Counted from the first letter of the stretch, positions 12,208-24,402 are shown. The stretch is 64,000 bases of DNA from an uncultured cyanobacterium (GCA_963766075.1 CAVYAN010000105.1:1-64000), one strand, 5' to 3'. Notes: generated from the sequence alone by a model not told the origin. Numbers and translations: made by a program.

Positions 12208-13302
12208 ATGGCTCTAATTTTGACGTTCTTGGGTAAGGGGGGCGTGGGCCGCACCACCATCGCGATCGCGGCGGCCAAGCGTTTCGCAGCCCAGGGAAAG
12301 CGCGTGTTAGTGGCCAGTCAAGAACCTGGTCCTGCCTTTGGCCTGTTGTTGAATGCCACCCCTGGTCCTATTCCCCAAGAAATTGCGCCCCAACTTTGGG
12401 CCTTACAGTTTCAATCGACTCCGCTGCTAGAAAAAAGCTGGGATGACCTGAAACAACGCGAGGCGCAGTACCTGCGCACGCCTTTTTTCAAAGCCGTATT
12501 TGGGCAGGAATTGGGGGTGCTTCCCGGCATGGACAGTGCCCTAGCGCTAAATGCGTTGCGAGAATATGAAGCCGGTGGCCAGTACGACGTGATTGTCTAC
12601 GATGGCACGGGCGACCAAGCAACACTGCGCATGTTAGGGATGCCGGAGGTTCTCAATTGGTATACGCGCCGCTTCCGTAAGGTCTTTGCGGATTCCGATC
12701 TGGGTAAAACCTTGGCCCCCTTTATTCAACCGGTGGCCAGCGCGGTATTGAATGTTAATTTGACGGGAGAGAGTTGGTCCCAACCCAATGCCGAGGTGGA
12801 TGGTTTTTTGGAGAAAGGCATGCAGGCGATCGCCGATCCCAGCCGGGTGATTGCCTACTTGGTCACTACGGCAGATGAAGCGGCCATGGCCACGGCGAAA
12901 TACCTCTGGGGCGGCGCGCAGCAGGTAGGCTTGACTGTGGGCGGCCTCATTCTGAATCGTGGAGTAGAGAGTAGCGCAATCGCCGATGCCTTTGCCCCAC
13001 TCCCCCTCACCGCCCTGCCCGATGTCCCGATGAACGATTGGCAACCCCTGCTCGACGCGCTGCCCGACTTCACCCTCCCGTCCGCCGTGCCCCCGCCCTT
13101 TGCGGTCAATGTAGCCGATCGCCAGGTCAGTCTATTTCTGCCCGGATTTGACAAGAAACAGGTCAAGCTCACCCAATCGGGTCCAGAAATTACGATAGAA
13201 GCAGGCGATCAGCGGCGCAATCTGAGGCTGCCAGAAGCTCTGCGCGGCAAACTCGTGACCGGGGCCAAATTTCAAGATAGTTTTTTGATCATTTCTTTTT
13301 GA
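12208..13302 (+). CDS. Get3/ArsA-like ATPase with C-terminal HSP20-like domain
   Basis: P-loop GKGGVGRTT, LPGMD, C-terminal LFLPGFDKKQVKLTQSGPE..EAGDQRRN. Confidence 0.88.
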   Translation: MALILTFLGKGGVGRTTIAIAAAKRFAAQGKRVLVASQEPGPAFGLLLNATPGPIPQEIAPQLWALQFQSTPLLEKSWDDLKQREAQYLRTPFFKAVFGQELGVLPGMDSALALNALREYEAGGQYDVIVYDGTGDQATLRMLGMPEVLNWYTRRFRKVFADSDLGKTLAPFIQPVASAVLNVNLTGESWSQPNAEVDGFLEKGMQAIADPSRVIAYLVTTADEAAMATAKYLWGGAQQVGLTVGGLILNRGVESSAIADAFAPLPLTALPDVPMNDWQPLLDALPDFTLPSAVPPPFAVNVADRQVSLFLPGFDKKQVKLTQSGPEITIEAGDQRRNLRLPEALRGKLVTGAKFQDSFLIISF

Positions 13303-13397
13303 TCCGTTCTTTCGGAGGGATGCCACCCCCGTTTGTATCTCCTCTGGCTTCTCGTTTCGTCTTCTAGTTCCGTAACGTTCTGAATTGCGCGATCGCT

Positions 13398-14457
13398 ATG
13401 ACTGACCTCACCCCAACTCCAGATTCTCCGGTAACTCCACCCACTCCCGTGAGCCTGCCTCACCCCGTCGTCCTACCCCAAGGCGATGCCGTGCCCTTGG
13501 ACGATGCCGGTGCCAAGGCGCGGCAGTTGCTGGGCATGAAAGGTGCGAAGGCGGGGGAAACGTCCATCTGGAAGATTCACTTGCAGTTGATGAAGCCCAT
13601 TACCTGGATTCCCCTGATTTGGGGTGTCGTCTGTGGGGCGGCGTCCTCCGGCAACTACACCTGGACCTTGGAAAACGTTCTGATTGCAGCGGCCTGCATG
13701 CTCATGTCGGGGCCATTGCTGGCGGGCTATACCCAGACCATCAACGACTACTACGATCGCGACCTGGATGCCATTAATGAACCCTATCGCCCCATTCCTT
13801 CCGGGGCGATTCCCCTGCCCCGCGTGATTGCCCAAATTTGGGTGCTGCTGCTGGGAGGGATTGGGGTGGCATTTGCCCTAAATCTTTGGGCCCACCATGA
13901 ATTCCCAGGTACTCACCGCCCTAGCCCTAGGCGGCTCCTTCCTGTCCTATATCTATTCCGCCCCGCCCTTGAAGCTGAAGAAAAATGGCTGGCTCGGCAA
14001 CTATGCCCTGGGTTCTAGCTATATAGCCCTCCCGTGGTGGGCTGGCCATGCCCTGTTTGGCGAACTCAACTGGACCCTTGTCTGGCTGACGTTGTTCTAC
14101 AGTATGGCCGGGTTGGGTATTGCCGTCGTCAATGACTTTAAGAGCGTAGAGGGCGATCGCCAACTGGGTCTGCAATCCCTGCCCGTCATGTTTGGCATTG
14201 GCGCAGCAGCCTGGATTTGCGTCCTAATGATTGATCTATTCCAAGGAGGCATTGCTGTCTACCTCATGCACATTCACCAGAATCTGTCTGCGGCCATCCT
14301 GGGCTTATTGATCATCCCCCAGATCACCTTTCAGGACATGTACTTTCTGCGCAACCCCCTGGAAAATGATGTCAAGTACCAAGCCAGTGCCCAGCCCTTT
14401 TTAGTCCTTGGCATGTTGGTCACGGCGTTGGCCCTCGGCCATGCTGGCATTGCTTAG
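13398..14457 (+). CDS. chlG: Chlorophyll synthase (frameshift near 13904-13909)
   Basis: RQLLGMKGA, LMKPITWIPL, NDYYDRDLDAINEPYRPIPSG; second frame carries YSAPPLKLK, NDFKSVEGD, NDVKYQASAQPF. Confidence 0.95.
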
Positions 14458-14782
14458 CGTTGGATCTGGCTAATTTAGCGATAAATCTTTCGCGCCCCCT
14501 ATGGCACTGTAGCGACAACCAACCCGCTGACAATCACACCGTGCCAACCGCTCTTTCTACACTATTTAGGATTGCTTCTTGTATCGTTACAGTGTAAACA
14601 TTTAACAAATAGGGTGCTTCGGGCTGGGGAAACCAGGGTGGCGGATTGAGAAGAATCTGGATTAGAGATGAATCATTTTCCAGATAATTATTTCCTAGAT
14701 TTGCGTAACTTCTTAGGTAGCTTCAGCGTTTTAGGCCGGTCCAGGGTTCAGCACAGTTGAATCGCGGTGATGAGGAGTAAGT

Positions 14783-17242
14783 GTGGATAGTTTTATAGCC
14801 AAATTGAAACGAGTATCGCCCCCGATACCGGGTGGGCCATCAACGCCAGAATCGACTTTACCGGACCACGCCCTCCCGGATCGGGGTCTATCGGATCGGG
14901 ATCTATCCGACCAAACGGCCACCCATCAGGTTTCTTCCGACCAACGGACTCAACCGGAAGCCCACGCGGAGGCAGAGACTTCCCCCCCTCGTAAACACCG
15001 TCGGCAATCCAAGCTGTTGCCGGTGAAGCAAGCCTTGGGCACCGTAACGGCCCCCCTGCGAATCGTAGGCCGCGGCTATCAGAAACTCCCCCCGCACGGC
15101 CGTTGGTTACTGTGGATTGGGCTGATTGCAACTGCTGCTGGGGTCGGTGTAGGCGTTGTAGCCTGGTCCATCGATCGCGAATTGCCTAGCACTGGGGACA
15201 TTGCCACCTTCACCCGCGAAGGCGTCCTAACGATCAAGGCGGCAGATGGTTCGATCCTGCAGGAAACCGGACCCGCCACCCGCGAAGATCTGGAATTCAA
15301 AGACATTCCTGAAAAACTGGTCCAGGCTTTTGTGGCTTCCGAGGATCGGCGATTCTACAGCCACAATGGTGTGGACTATCAGTCCGTGGTGCGGGCGGTG
15401 GTATCCAATGTCTTTGCCAAGGATGTGGTGGAAGGCGGCAGCACGATCACCCAGCAGCTTGCCCGCATTGTCTACCTCAATATGGAACGCAGCATGTTGC
15501 GCAAGGTGCGGGAGGCATTTCTCGCGCAGAAAATTGAGCGGGAGCTGGAAAAACCCAAAATCCTAGAACGCTATCTGAATCTGGTTTATCTGGGCTCCAA
15601 TGCCTATGGAGTCGGCGATGCCGCTTGGATTTTCTTCGGCAAGTCCGTCAATCAGTTGACGCTGGCTGAAAGTGCCATGATTGCGGGACTCCCCCCCGCC
15701 CCCAGCGAGTACTCGCCCCTGGTCAATTCCAAGGTGGCTATGACCCGTCGGTCCATTGTGCTGGATCGCATGGTGGAGGCGGGCTACATTACGGAAGCTC
15801 AAGCCGCCACCGCGAAGGCAGAACCCCTCAAGCTGTCGCCGCGAGTTCCTAAAAAGCTAGACAGCGACACCCCCTACTTCACCCAATATATCCGGCAAGA
15901 ATTGCCCAAACACGTGACTCCGGAGCAGCTTTCTACCGGTGGGCTCGTGGTGGAAACCACGCTAAATCCAATCTGGCAAAAAGCAGCCGATAAAGCGGTG
16001 TCGGACACAATTAAATTGGACGGACCGGGACAGGGGTTTGAGCAAGCAGCCCTAGTGGCCATTGATCCCCGAACTGGAGAAATTCGGGCTATGGTGGGGG
16101 GGAACGACTTTAAGAATAGTCAGTTCAATCGAGTGACCCAGGCGCAACGACAACCCGGATCAACCTTCAAGGCAATTCTGTACACCACTGCGATCGCCAC
16201 TGGCAAATCGCCCTATGACGGCTACCAAGACGGTCCTTTCACGGTCGATGGCTACCAGCCCCAAAACTACAGTCGCAAATACTCAGGCTGGATGACCCTG
16301 CGGGATGCCTTGACCAACTCAGTAAATATCATTTCCGTTAAGCTGCTGCTGGATGTTGGGTTTGATCCCGTGATTAAAATGGCCAAGGCAATGGGCATTC
16401 GCTCGCCCCTCCAGTCCGTCTATTCTCTGGCCCTTGGGGCCAACGAAGTGAATTTATTGGAGCTAACCACAGCGTTTGGCACCCTGGCCGCCCAAGGACA
16501 ATACACTGAAACCCATGGTATTCGCCGCATTATTAATCGCAAAGGTGAAGTGATCTACAATTCTGCCTTTAAGCCCAAGCAGGTTGTTGATCGGACTTCC
16601 ACCGCCATCATGACCTGGATTATGCAAAACGTGGTCAACAGCGGCACGGGGCAGGCCGCCCAGTTGAACCGTCCCGTAGCCGGTAAAACTGGCACCTCGG
16701 AGCAAGCCCGTGATTTATGGTTTGTGGGCTTTATTCCACAACTGGTTGCCGGAGTATGGCTGGGGAACGATGATAACGCCCCCACCTATGGGGCCAGCAG
16801 TACATCGGCAGCGGTGTGGCACGAGTTCATGAAGGTGGTGACCCAAAATCTATCCGTCGAGCCATTTCCCGATTTACCTCCCTTAGAAGGACGAAAAGGC
16901 AGTATCAAAGCACAGCCTGTCAGGGGTGCTAAAATGCGCAATGCCGGCCCAACCAAGGATGAGCAGGAGGGTAGCCGTGGCAGTGACAGTCGTTCAGAGC
17001 GGCGCGATCGCCCTGCCGAGTCAGGCTCTAATTCGGAACCCAAGCCCAGTGGATCCCAGGACGGTGGCTCGGGACCGGGCAGCCAGTACGAACCGGCTCC
17101 CGCCAATCCTAGCCCCGCAGAACCAGCCCCAGTCGCGCCCGCACCTCTGGAACCGGCCCCAGCCCCAGTAGACACCGCCCCCCCTGAGTTGCCACCCGCC
17201 GAGCCTGCGCCGGTAGCCCCAGCCCCAGCCCCAGCAAACTAG
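14783..17242 (+). CDS. Class A penicillin-binding protein (transglycosylase/transpeptidase)
   Basis: EDRRFY, GGSTITQQL, RKVRE, QPGSTFK, S.N, KTGT; Pro-rich tail. Confidence 0.95.
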   Translation: MDSFIAKLKRVSPPIPGGPSTPESTLPDHALPDRGLSDRDLSDQTATHQVSSDQRTQPEAHAEAETSPPRKHRRQSKLLPVKQALGTVTAPLRIVGRGYQKLPPHGRWLLWIGLIATAAGVGVGVVAWSIDRELPSTGDIATFTREGVLTIKAADGSILQETGPATREDLEFKDIPEKLVQAFVASEDRRFYSHNGVDYQSVVRAVVSNVFAKDVVEGGSTITQQLARIVYLNMERSMLRKVREAFLAQKIERELEKPKILERYLNLVYLGSNAYGVGDAAWIFFGKSVNQLTLAESAMIAGLPPAPSEYSPLVNSKVAMTRRSIVLDRMVEAGYITEAQAATAKAEPLKLSPRVPKKLDSDTPYFTQYIRQELPKHVTPEQLSTGGLVVETTLNPIWQKAADKAVSDTIKLDGPGQGFEQAALVAIDPRTGEIRAMVGGNDFKNSQFNRVTQAQRQPGSTFKAILYTTAIATGKSPYDGYQDGPFTVDGYQPQNYSRKYSGWMTLRDALTNSVNIISVKLLLDVGFDPVIKMAKAMGIRSPLQSVYSLALGANEVNLLELTTAFGTLAAQGQYTETHGIRRIINRKGEVIYNSAFKPKQVVDRTSTAIMTWIMQNVVNSGTGQAAQLNRPVAGKTGTSEQARDLWFVGFIPQLVAGVWLGNDDNAPTYGASSTSAAVWHEFMKVVTQNLSVEPFPDLPPLEGRKGSIKAQPVRGAKMRNAGPTKDEQEGSRGSDSRSERRDRPAESGSNSEPKPSGSQDGGSGPGSQYEPAPANPSPAEPAPVAPAPLEPAPAPVDTAPPELPPAEPAPVAPAPAPAN

Positions 17243-17270
17243 TTGTTTCACGCAAATAAGGAGTTATCCC

Positions 17271-17477
17271 ATGGTTTGGTTACTTGAAGTCCCTGTCAAA
17301 GCCGGAATGCAATTTCCCGTCTGGTTTACGGCAGTTTACGTGGTGGGCTTCATTGCTGCCGTCAGTCTGGGCTCCCTCGCTTGGTACAATTCCCGCCGCC
17401 CCGCCGGTTGGGAAGACAAAGATCGACCTGATTTTGTTCCGGAGGTGACCACCCCAGAGGAAGCACCTAAGTCTTAG
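17271..17477 (+). CDS. psb35: Photosystem II assembly protein Psb35-like
   Basis: Single TM helix followed by GSLAWYNSRRPAGWEDKDRPD. Confidence 0.75.
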   Translation: MVWLLEVPVKAGMQFPVWFTAVYVVGFIAAVSLGSLAWYNSRRPAGWEDKDRPDFVPEVTTPEEAPKS

Positions 17478-17710
17478 GGAATCATTTCCAGACAAACCAT
17501 CCGAGTGCCTAATGACAGCGGATTGTGCGCTCTATGGAGAAAGCAATTTGGGTGGAATGGCGGGATGGTTTTTCCACGGAATACCCTGGCACTTCACGGC
17601 GCGCTTCAGGCATTTCCCCGCCCTCTCACGCTCCCGAGCGCGCTTGATCCCATGCGCGCTCCCCGCCGGGTCGCCAGACTGGCTGCAAACTGAACCCGAT
17701 CAAGTTCTCC

Positions 17711-18802
17711 CTACACGTTGAACCGAAACAGCAACACATCCCCTTCCGCCACGACATAGTCCTTCCCTTCACTGCGGACCAAGCCTTTTTCCTTGGCAGC
17801 ATTCATCGAACCATTTTCAGTTAGATCCTTGTAGGCAACGGTTTCAGCCCGGATGAAGCCGCGCTCGAAGTCTGTATGGATCACGCCCGCCGCTTGGGGG
17901 GCCAGCATGCCAGCGGTAATGGTCCAGGCGCGGGTTTCCTTGGGGCCAGTGGTAAAGTACGTCCGGAGGCCCAATAGGGCATAGGTCGCCCGAATCAACG
18001 ATTTCAATCCACCTTCCTGGACCCCTAAGGATTCCAGAAAATCCTGGCGCTCGGCATCGGGCAGTTCTACCAACTCGGATTCCACCTGGGCAGATACGAC
18101 GACCACTTGGGCATTTTCCTGGGCCGCGACGCCTCGAACCTGCTCGACCCAGGCATTGCCGCTGGCCAAATCGTTTTCATCAACATTAGTGGCATAGATA
18201 ATCGGCTTACGGGTCAGGAGCCCAAGGGCTTTAGTCGCCAGTTCTTCCTCTTCGGTCAGGGAGACACCCCGCGCCGCTTGGCCATCACTCAGGGCAGTCA
18301 TAATTTTTTCGAGGGCATCTACTTCCACTTGCAGATCTTTTTTGGTGCGCACTTCTTTGCGGGCGCGATCGAGGCGTTTCTCGACCTGGGACAGGTCGGC
18401 CAAAATCAGCTCTAGATTAATCACTTCAATATCTCGTACTGGATCAACGGAGCCAGAAACATGGATAATGTCGTCGTTGTCAAAGCAGCGGACAACGTGA
18501 ACGATCGCATCGACCTCCCGAATATTCGCCAAGAATTGGTTGCCCAAGCCTTCGCCCTGGCTGGCCCCCTTGACCAATCCGGCAATATCAACGAACTCCA
18601 CCCGCGCCGGAATGATTTCTGTAGATTTAGAAATCGTAGCCAGCACCTGTAAGCGCTCATCCGGCACCGCTACCATGCCCACATTCGGCTCAATGGTGCA
18701 AAAGGGAAAGTTGGCCGCCGTGGCCTTGGCATTCGCTACCACGGCATTAAACAGCGTCGATTTTCCAACATTCGGCAATCCCACAATCCCAGCTCGCAAC
18801 AT
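17711..18802 (-). CDS. ychF: Redox-regulated ATPase YchF
   Basis: GLPNVGKSTLFN, ANFPFCTIEPN, DIAGLV, GVIHTDFERGFI. Confidence 0.97.
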   Translation of the reverse strand: MLRAGIVGLPNVGKSTLFNAVVANAKATAANFPFCTIEPNVGMVAVPDERLQVLATISKSTEIIPARVEFVDIAGLVKGASQGEGLGNQFLANIREVDAIVHVVRCFDNDDIIHVSGSVDPVRDIEVINLELILADLSQVEKRLDRARKEVRTKKDLQVEVDALEKIMTALSDGQAARGVSLTEEEELATKALGLLTRKPIIYATNVDENDLASGNAWVEQVRGVAAQENAQVVVVSAQVESELVELPDAERQDFLESLGVQEGGLKSLIRATYALLGLRTYFTTGPKETRAWTITAGMLAPQAAGVIHTDFERGFIRAETVAYKDLTENGSMNAAKEKGLVRSEGKDYVVAEGDVLLFRFNV

Positions 18803-18933
18803 AGACTTCGTTCAACCCCTTAAAATGCGACGTGCAAAATGCAGCTTTCAAATTGTATCGGGTTGTGTCAGTGGGTGGGGAGAGAATCCAGGGTAGGGAC
18901 TCCGAACCCTGGCAGCAGCTTGCGCCAACGCCA

Positions 18934-19818
18934 CTATTTCACCAGCGCCACCAGATGCGCCATCATGCGATGGGCCTGTCCTTCGTAGCTGCCCCCAAAT
19001 AAATTGAAGTGGTTCAAGATATGGTAAAGGTTGTAGAGTTCCTTGCGCACGCTGTAGCCTGCCGCCAACGGCAATACCGCCTCATAGCCCCGATAAAACC
19101 CCGGCGGAAAGCCCCCGAATAATTCCGTCATGGCCAGATCGACCTCGCGATCGCCATAGTAGGTCGCCGGGTCAAAAATCACCGGCTCTCCCGCTGCCGT
19201 CAGTCCCGCATTGCCCGACCACAAATCCCCATGGACGAGCACCGGCTGTGGCCTATGCCCCGCCAGCAATTCCGGCACCACCGCCAATAGGCGATCGCCC
19301 AAGGGCAACGCGCCACCCCGCCGCCGCGCTAACTGCAACTGATACCCCAGCCGCGATGTTGCCCAAAACTCGGCCCAGCTCTCCGTCCAGGAATTCACCT
19401 GGGGCGTGGAACCAATGGTATTGGGGCGGTCCCAGCCAAAGCCACAGCGGCTTTGGACCTGATGGAGACAGGCCAGCTGCCGTCCCATAGCTTGCCAACC
19501 CGCTGCGCCATTTTTCCCCGCACCTCGGCCCAACTCGAGCCACTCCAAAACTAAGTAGCTGGTACCACCATCGATGCCCCAGCAGATTGGTGTGGGCACC
19601 CGAATGGTTGCCGTAGCCTGCATGGATTGCAGCCCTGCCGCCTCTGCTTCAAACATCGCTATCTGGGCGGCCTGGTTTAGCTTCACGAAAACGAGGCGAT
19701 CGCCATCACCCAAGGCGTACCCCCGATTGATACACCCTCCAGTCACCGCCCGATGGTGCAGCGGCGCAAAAGGTACACCCGTAACCTGAGAAATATGTGC
19801 TGCAACCTGGGACCACAT
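18934..19818 (-). CDS. Fructosamine kinase family protein
   Basis: GGCIN, MFEAEA.GL, HGDLWSGN, FDPA.YYGDREVDLAM. Confidence 0.92.
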   Translation of the reverse strand: MWSQVAAHISQVTGVPFAPLHHRAVTGGCINRGYALGDGDRLVFVKLNQAAQIAMFEAEAAGLQSMQATATIRVPTPICWGIDGGTSYLVLEWLELGRGAGKNGAAGWQAMGRQLACLHQVQSRCGFGWDRPNTIGSTPQVNSWTESWAEFWATSRLGYQLQLARRRGGALPLGDRLLAVVPELLAGHRPQPVLVHGDLWSGNAGLTAAGEPVIFDPATYYGDREVDLAMTELFGGFPPGFYRGYEAVLPLAAGYSVRKELYNLYHILNHFNLFGGSYEGQAHRMMAHLVALVK

Positions 19819-19874
19819 CGATACCGTATTCCCCCTAAACTATTTCCCTAAGGCAATTTCCAAGAAACAATAAC

Positions 19875-19948
19875 CCGCTGGCTTCGACTCCGCTGGCTGA
19901 GCGGAGTCGAAGCCAGCGGCACGCTCCTACAACGTCCGCTCAGGGAGC
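19875..19948. repeat. REP-like palindrome, same family as 4085-4151
   Basis: CCGCTGGCTTCGACTCCGCT..AGCGGAGTCGAAGCCAGCGG hairpin, plus TCCGCTCAGGGAGC, the reverse complement of 4126-4139. Confidence 0.75.
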
Positions 19949-19982
19949 AATCTGGGTCAGTAGATTCTGTCACAGAAATCCC

Positions 19983-21143
<1,161 letters not shown>

Positions 21144-21356
21144 TCAGGTAATCGCCTCCCCGTGGATGAATACCCAGCTTTTTTAAGCTCTGTTTTCAAG
21201 CCGCATCGCTCGCGCCAAATTCACACGAGTCATCAGCAATGGCTGGTCGGGCAATCACCGGTCGGGCGATGGTCGGGCGATCGCCACTTCCCCGGCATCG
21301 CCCCCAGAACCGCTATAATTGCCCCACTTCCTCCAGATTTCCCCACGGCGCGATCG

Positions 21357-22265
21357 ATGCTAGGCAAAAGTCCATTCTCAGTCCTATTGGGTGTGCTGCT
21401 GATCCCCTTTTTGGCCTATGGATTCATCAAAAGTCTGCCCACCCTACAAGCCCTATTCGGCATGGCATCGGTCCCCCACATCAATGACAATAGCCTCAAG
21501 TTTTTGCGCGTGGACAATACCGGCAACGAAACCACCAATGGGGCCAATTATGTCTTGGTGTTCGATCCCAAATCAGAAGCCTTGGATTTCAAGGTAAGTC
21601 TTGCCCTCAGCCATCCCCTCTATGCCAAAGACACCCAGGGCAAGCTCCGCCGCGACTACATTCCCAAGCGGTTCCACCAAATCATTGCCGATGAAAATGC
21701 CAAGCTGGACGGCAAAAATCCCATTGCCGCCATCAATGCCGACTATATTGACATCGACAACCGCCCCCAGGGCTTAAACGTCTCCCGAGGCGTCGAGTAT
21801 TCCGGCGATTTTCGCGATCTGCGATCGTCCTTTGGCATTTCCGGTGGCCCCCCTTCCAGCCGCATCGCCACGATCCAACTCGGTCGTCGTTCATCCCCCA
21901 TCCAAAATTTCAACCTCGTCGGCGGCAACGGACGCTTCTACAGCAGCGGCAAATTTCGCGATATTTGTGAAGACTTGGGCGAGTACGCCTGTAAGCAAGA
22001 AACCAACCGTTCCATGGTCGCCATCACGTCCTTGGGCTACGTGATCTGGCTAGTCAACAACTCCCCCCCCAACCAGCAGTTGTTCCCCAGTCAGTTTGAC
22101 GATGTGCTGACCAACATTGCCACCACCCAAAATCTGGGAATCATCCGCGAGGGCATGCTGCTGGACGGCGGGCTTTCCAGTGGCTTCTACTTTAACGGCA
22201 AGATGCTCGTCGAAAACTCTAACCCTATCGGCTCCGTCTTTCTTATCTATACAACAGAGCAATAA
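21357..22265 (+). CDS. Phosphodiester glycosidase (NAGPA/DUF2233-like) exported protein
   Basis: N-terminal TM helix, AAINADY, RSMVA, LLDGGLSS; start uncertain. Confidence 0.7.
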   Translation: MLGKSPFSVLLGVLLIPFLAYGFIKSLPTLQALFGMASVPHINDNSLKFLRVDNTGNETTNGANYVLVFDPKSEALDFKVSLALSHPLYAKDTQGKLRRDYIPKRFHQIIADENAKLDGKNPIAAINADYIDIDNRPQGLNVSRGVEYSGDFRDLRSSFGISGGPPSSRIATIQLGRRSSPIQNFNLVGGNGRFYSSGKFRDICEDLGEYACKQETNRSMVAITSLGYVIWLVNNSPPNQQLFPSQFDDVLTNIATTQNLGIIREGMLLDGGLSSGFYFNGKMLVENSNPIGSVFLIYTTEQ

Positions 22266-22296
22266 AACCACAGACTAAAGAGCAGGCAGACCGAAT

Positions 22297-22470
22297 CTAG
22301 GGCATATCATAGCGCCAAGAAACTTGCGTCGTTTCAGGATCAACCGACGGAACCAACGTTGCATTGACATCTAGACGCCGCCCCGGTTCGGCAGCCACTT
22401 GGGGAATGCCATGCACCAATAAACTCAGTGAAAATGTGGCAACCGTTGCTAACAAAAGCCGTTCTAACAT
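22297..22470 (-). CDS. Small (57 aa) exported/membrane protein missing from the ORF track
   Basis: GGAGGAG SD then MLERLLLATVATFSLSLLVHGIPQVAAEPGRRLDVNATLVPSVDPETTQVSWRYDMP*; signal-peptide-like. Confidence 0.7.
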   Translation of the reverse strand: MLERLLLATVATFSLSLLVHGIPQVAAEPGRRLDVNATLVPSVDPETTQVSWRYDMP

Positions 22471-22900
22471 CACAGCACTCCTCCACAGGTCTCATTCCGC
22501 TATCACACCCCTTGATGCTCCTAATACCGGGAATTACAACTTTTTTAATCCGTATCGTTACCGAACTTACGTCCTTTATATCTAGTAATTCCATGGCCAA
22601 CCCGCGAATTTCCGGAATTCTTTCCAGAATTCACAAGGGCTTCGTCTTCTGCTACCCCAAAATTCATTTTTAGAACTGACTTGAAAAACTATTGGGTGTT
22701 TCTCCGGCTCTGGCATCAACAAAACATCTGGCATCAACAAAACAACAGGCGCAATTCTCATGAAAATCTTCACACTTTATCTTCACACTTTAGCTGTGGA
22801 CGAACGGATCACCCCTTTGTTCCAGCCTTCCCTCGACAATCCAGATCCGTTATCGTTAAGTTGGAATCGAGAAACCTGAACTCAAGCTTCCTCTGGAATT

Positions 22901-23463
22901 ATGGCTGTTGTTCTTCGTAACCCGCGCCTACCGCGTCTGCTGATGTACCTTTGCTTTGGATCGGCTGCGGTACTGTTTTTGATGCAATGGCGAGTCTGGG
23001 GCGTCGCTTCTCCCCCATATCATCAGGCTTGCTCAATCCAGCAGCCTCAGGGCAGTCCCTCACCAAGGCTGTACCGGGAGTCCGATTAATTGCCGATTTG
23101 AGCGATCGCCGCGTTTATCTCTACAACCGGCAGAGTCTCATGGCCAGTTATGCGATCGCCGTGGGCCAGGAGGGCTGGGAAACCCCCGTGGGCCTCTTTC
23201 ATATCACCCAAATGCGTCGCTATCCCGTCTGGAAACACCCCCTCACCCATAACATCTACCCCCCCGGACCCGAAAATCCCCTAGGGTCCCGCTGGATCGA
23301 ATTCTGGGCCAACAATCGCCTGCAATTTGGCTTCCATGGCACCAACGAAGAAGATCTGATTGGTCAGGCGGTTTCCCACGGTTGCCTACGCCTGCGGAAT
23401 CGGGATGTTGAACAACTCTACGATCAGATTTCCGTCGGCACGCCCCTAGAGGTCCGCCCCTAG
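22901..23463 (+). CDS. L,D-transpeptidase (YkuD), frameshift at the C-run 23012-23016
   Basis: IAVGQEGWETP, NPLGSRW, GFHGT, SHGCLRL; the N-terminal TM helix is in the upstream frame. Confidence 0.9.
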
Positions 23464-23614
23464 AGGTCCGCCCCCAAACGGCCTCAGGCAGACCCTGCCC
23501 ATCGGAATGTTCCACTGCTAAAACTGCCGCCAGCGCGATCCACGATCGCCGTCAACAGGTAGACTGGGACTAAACTCAGGCGATTTCGTCAGACGTGGTT
23601 GGAGAATCGGTTTC

Positions 23615-24402
23615 ATGATTATTTGTCCGAATTGTAATCATCAAAATCCTGAAGGAGCCGTGCAGTGCGAAGCGTGTTATACGCCGCTACCGACCCTGAC
23701 CACCTGTCCCAACTGCGGGGCAGCGGTGCAAACCGATGCCAGCTTTTGTGGCCAGTGTGGATTTGACCTGCGCGGGGCGAGTCGGTCCGCCTCTCAGGCT
23801 GCTGCCTCTACATCTCAAGCGCCTATACCTCAGACCCCGGAGGCGTATCCTTCATCACCGCCGCCACCGCCGCCCCCGGATGGCCTGCCGCCGATCTTGC
23901 CAGAGCCCTTAGTTGCCCCCACGCCGCTCATGTCGGCCCTACCCGGAATCGCCGCCGTGGAAATGCCGCCACCGCCCCCACCCCCGACCCGATCGCCCCC
24001 GTGCCCCCAGATCCTGCCCCAGAGACCGAGGCTGCATCTCCGGTCTCTCCGTCCACCGCCACGCAGGTCCAGACCCGCAACGCGAGACTCCTGCATGTTC
24101 AGACCAACACGATCTTAGAATTACCCTCCAGCCTGACCGTGGTGCATATTGGCAAACCGAATGATCGCACGCCACCGGATATCGATGTGTCAGGGTTTCC
24201 TAACTCAGAAATTGTTTCTCGGATCCATGCGGCGATTCGCCTAGACGCTGATGCTCTTTATCTAGAAGATATTGGGAGCTCTAACGGTACTTACGTGAAC
24301 AATACACCTTTACCCCTGGGGAATCGACATCGCCTGCAGGCGGGCGATCGCATCGCCCTCGGCAAGGGAGACAAAGTCACATTTCTATTTCAGATCCCTT
24401 AG
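23615..24402 (+). CDS. fraH: Double zinc ribbon + Pro-rich + FHA protein (FraH-like), frameshift near 23975-24005
   Basis: CPNC..CEAC and CPNC..CGQC; FHA motifs IGKPN..SRIHA..DIGSSNGT. Confidence 0.75.

Noticed and set aside
17505..17721. Small ORFs between psb35 and ychF, plus ORFs 22340-22920, 40367-40640, 50725-50937 and the many antisense ORFs
   Set aside because: No SD, no recognisable motifs and atypical composition; most are shadows of GC-rich real genes.
18892..18907. K-box upstream of ychF
   Set aside because: The spacer is one base short and it lies 34 nt, not 23 nt, from the TACAAT -10.
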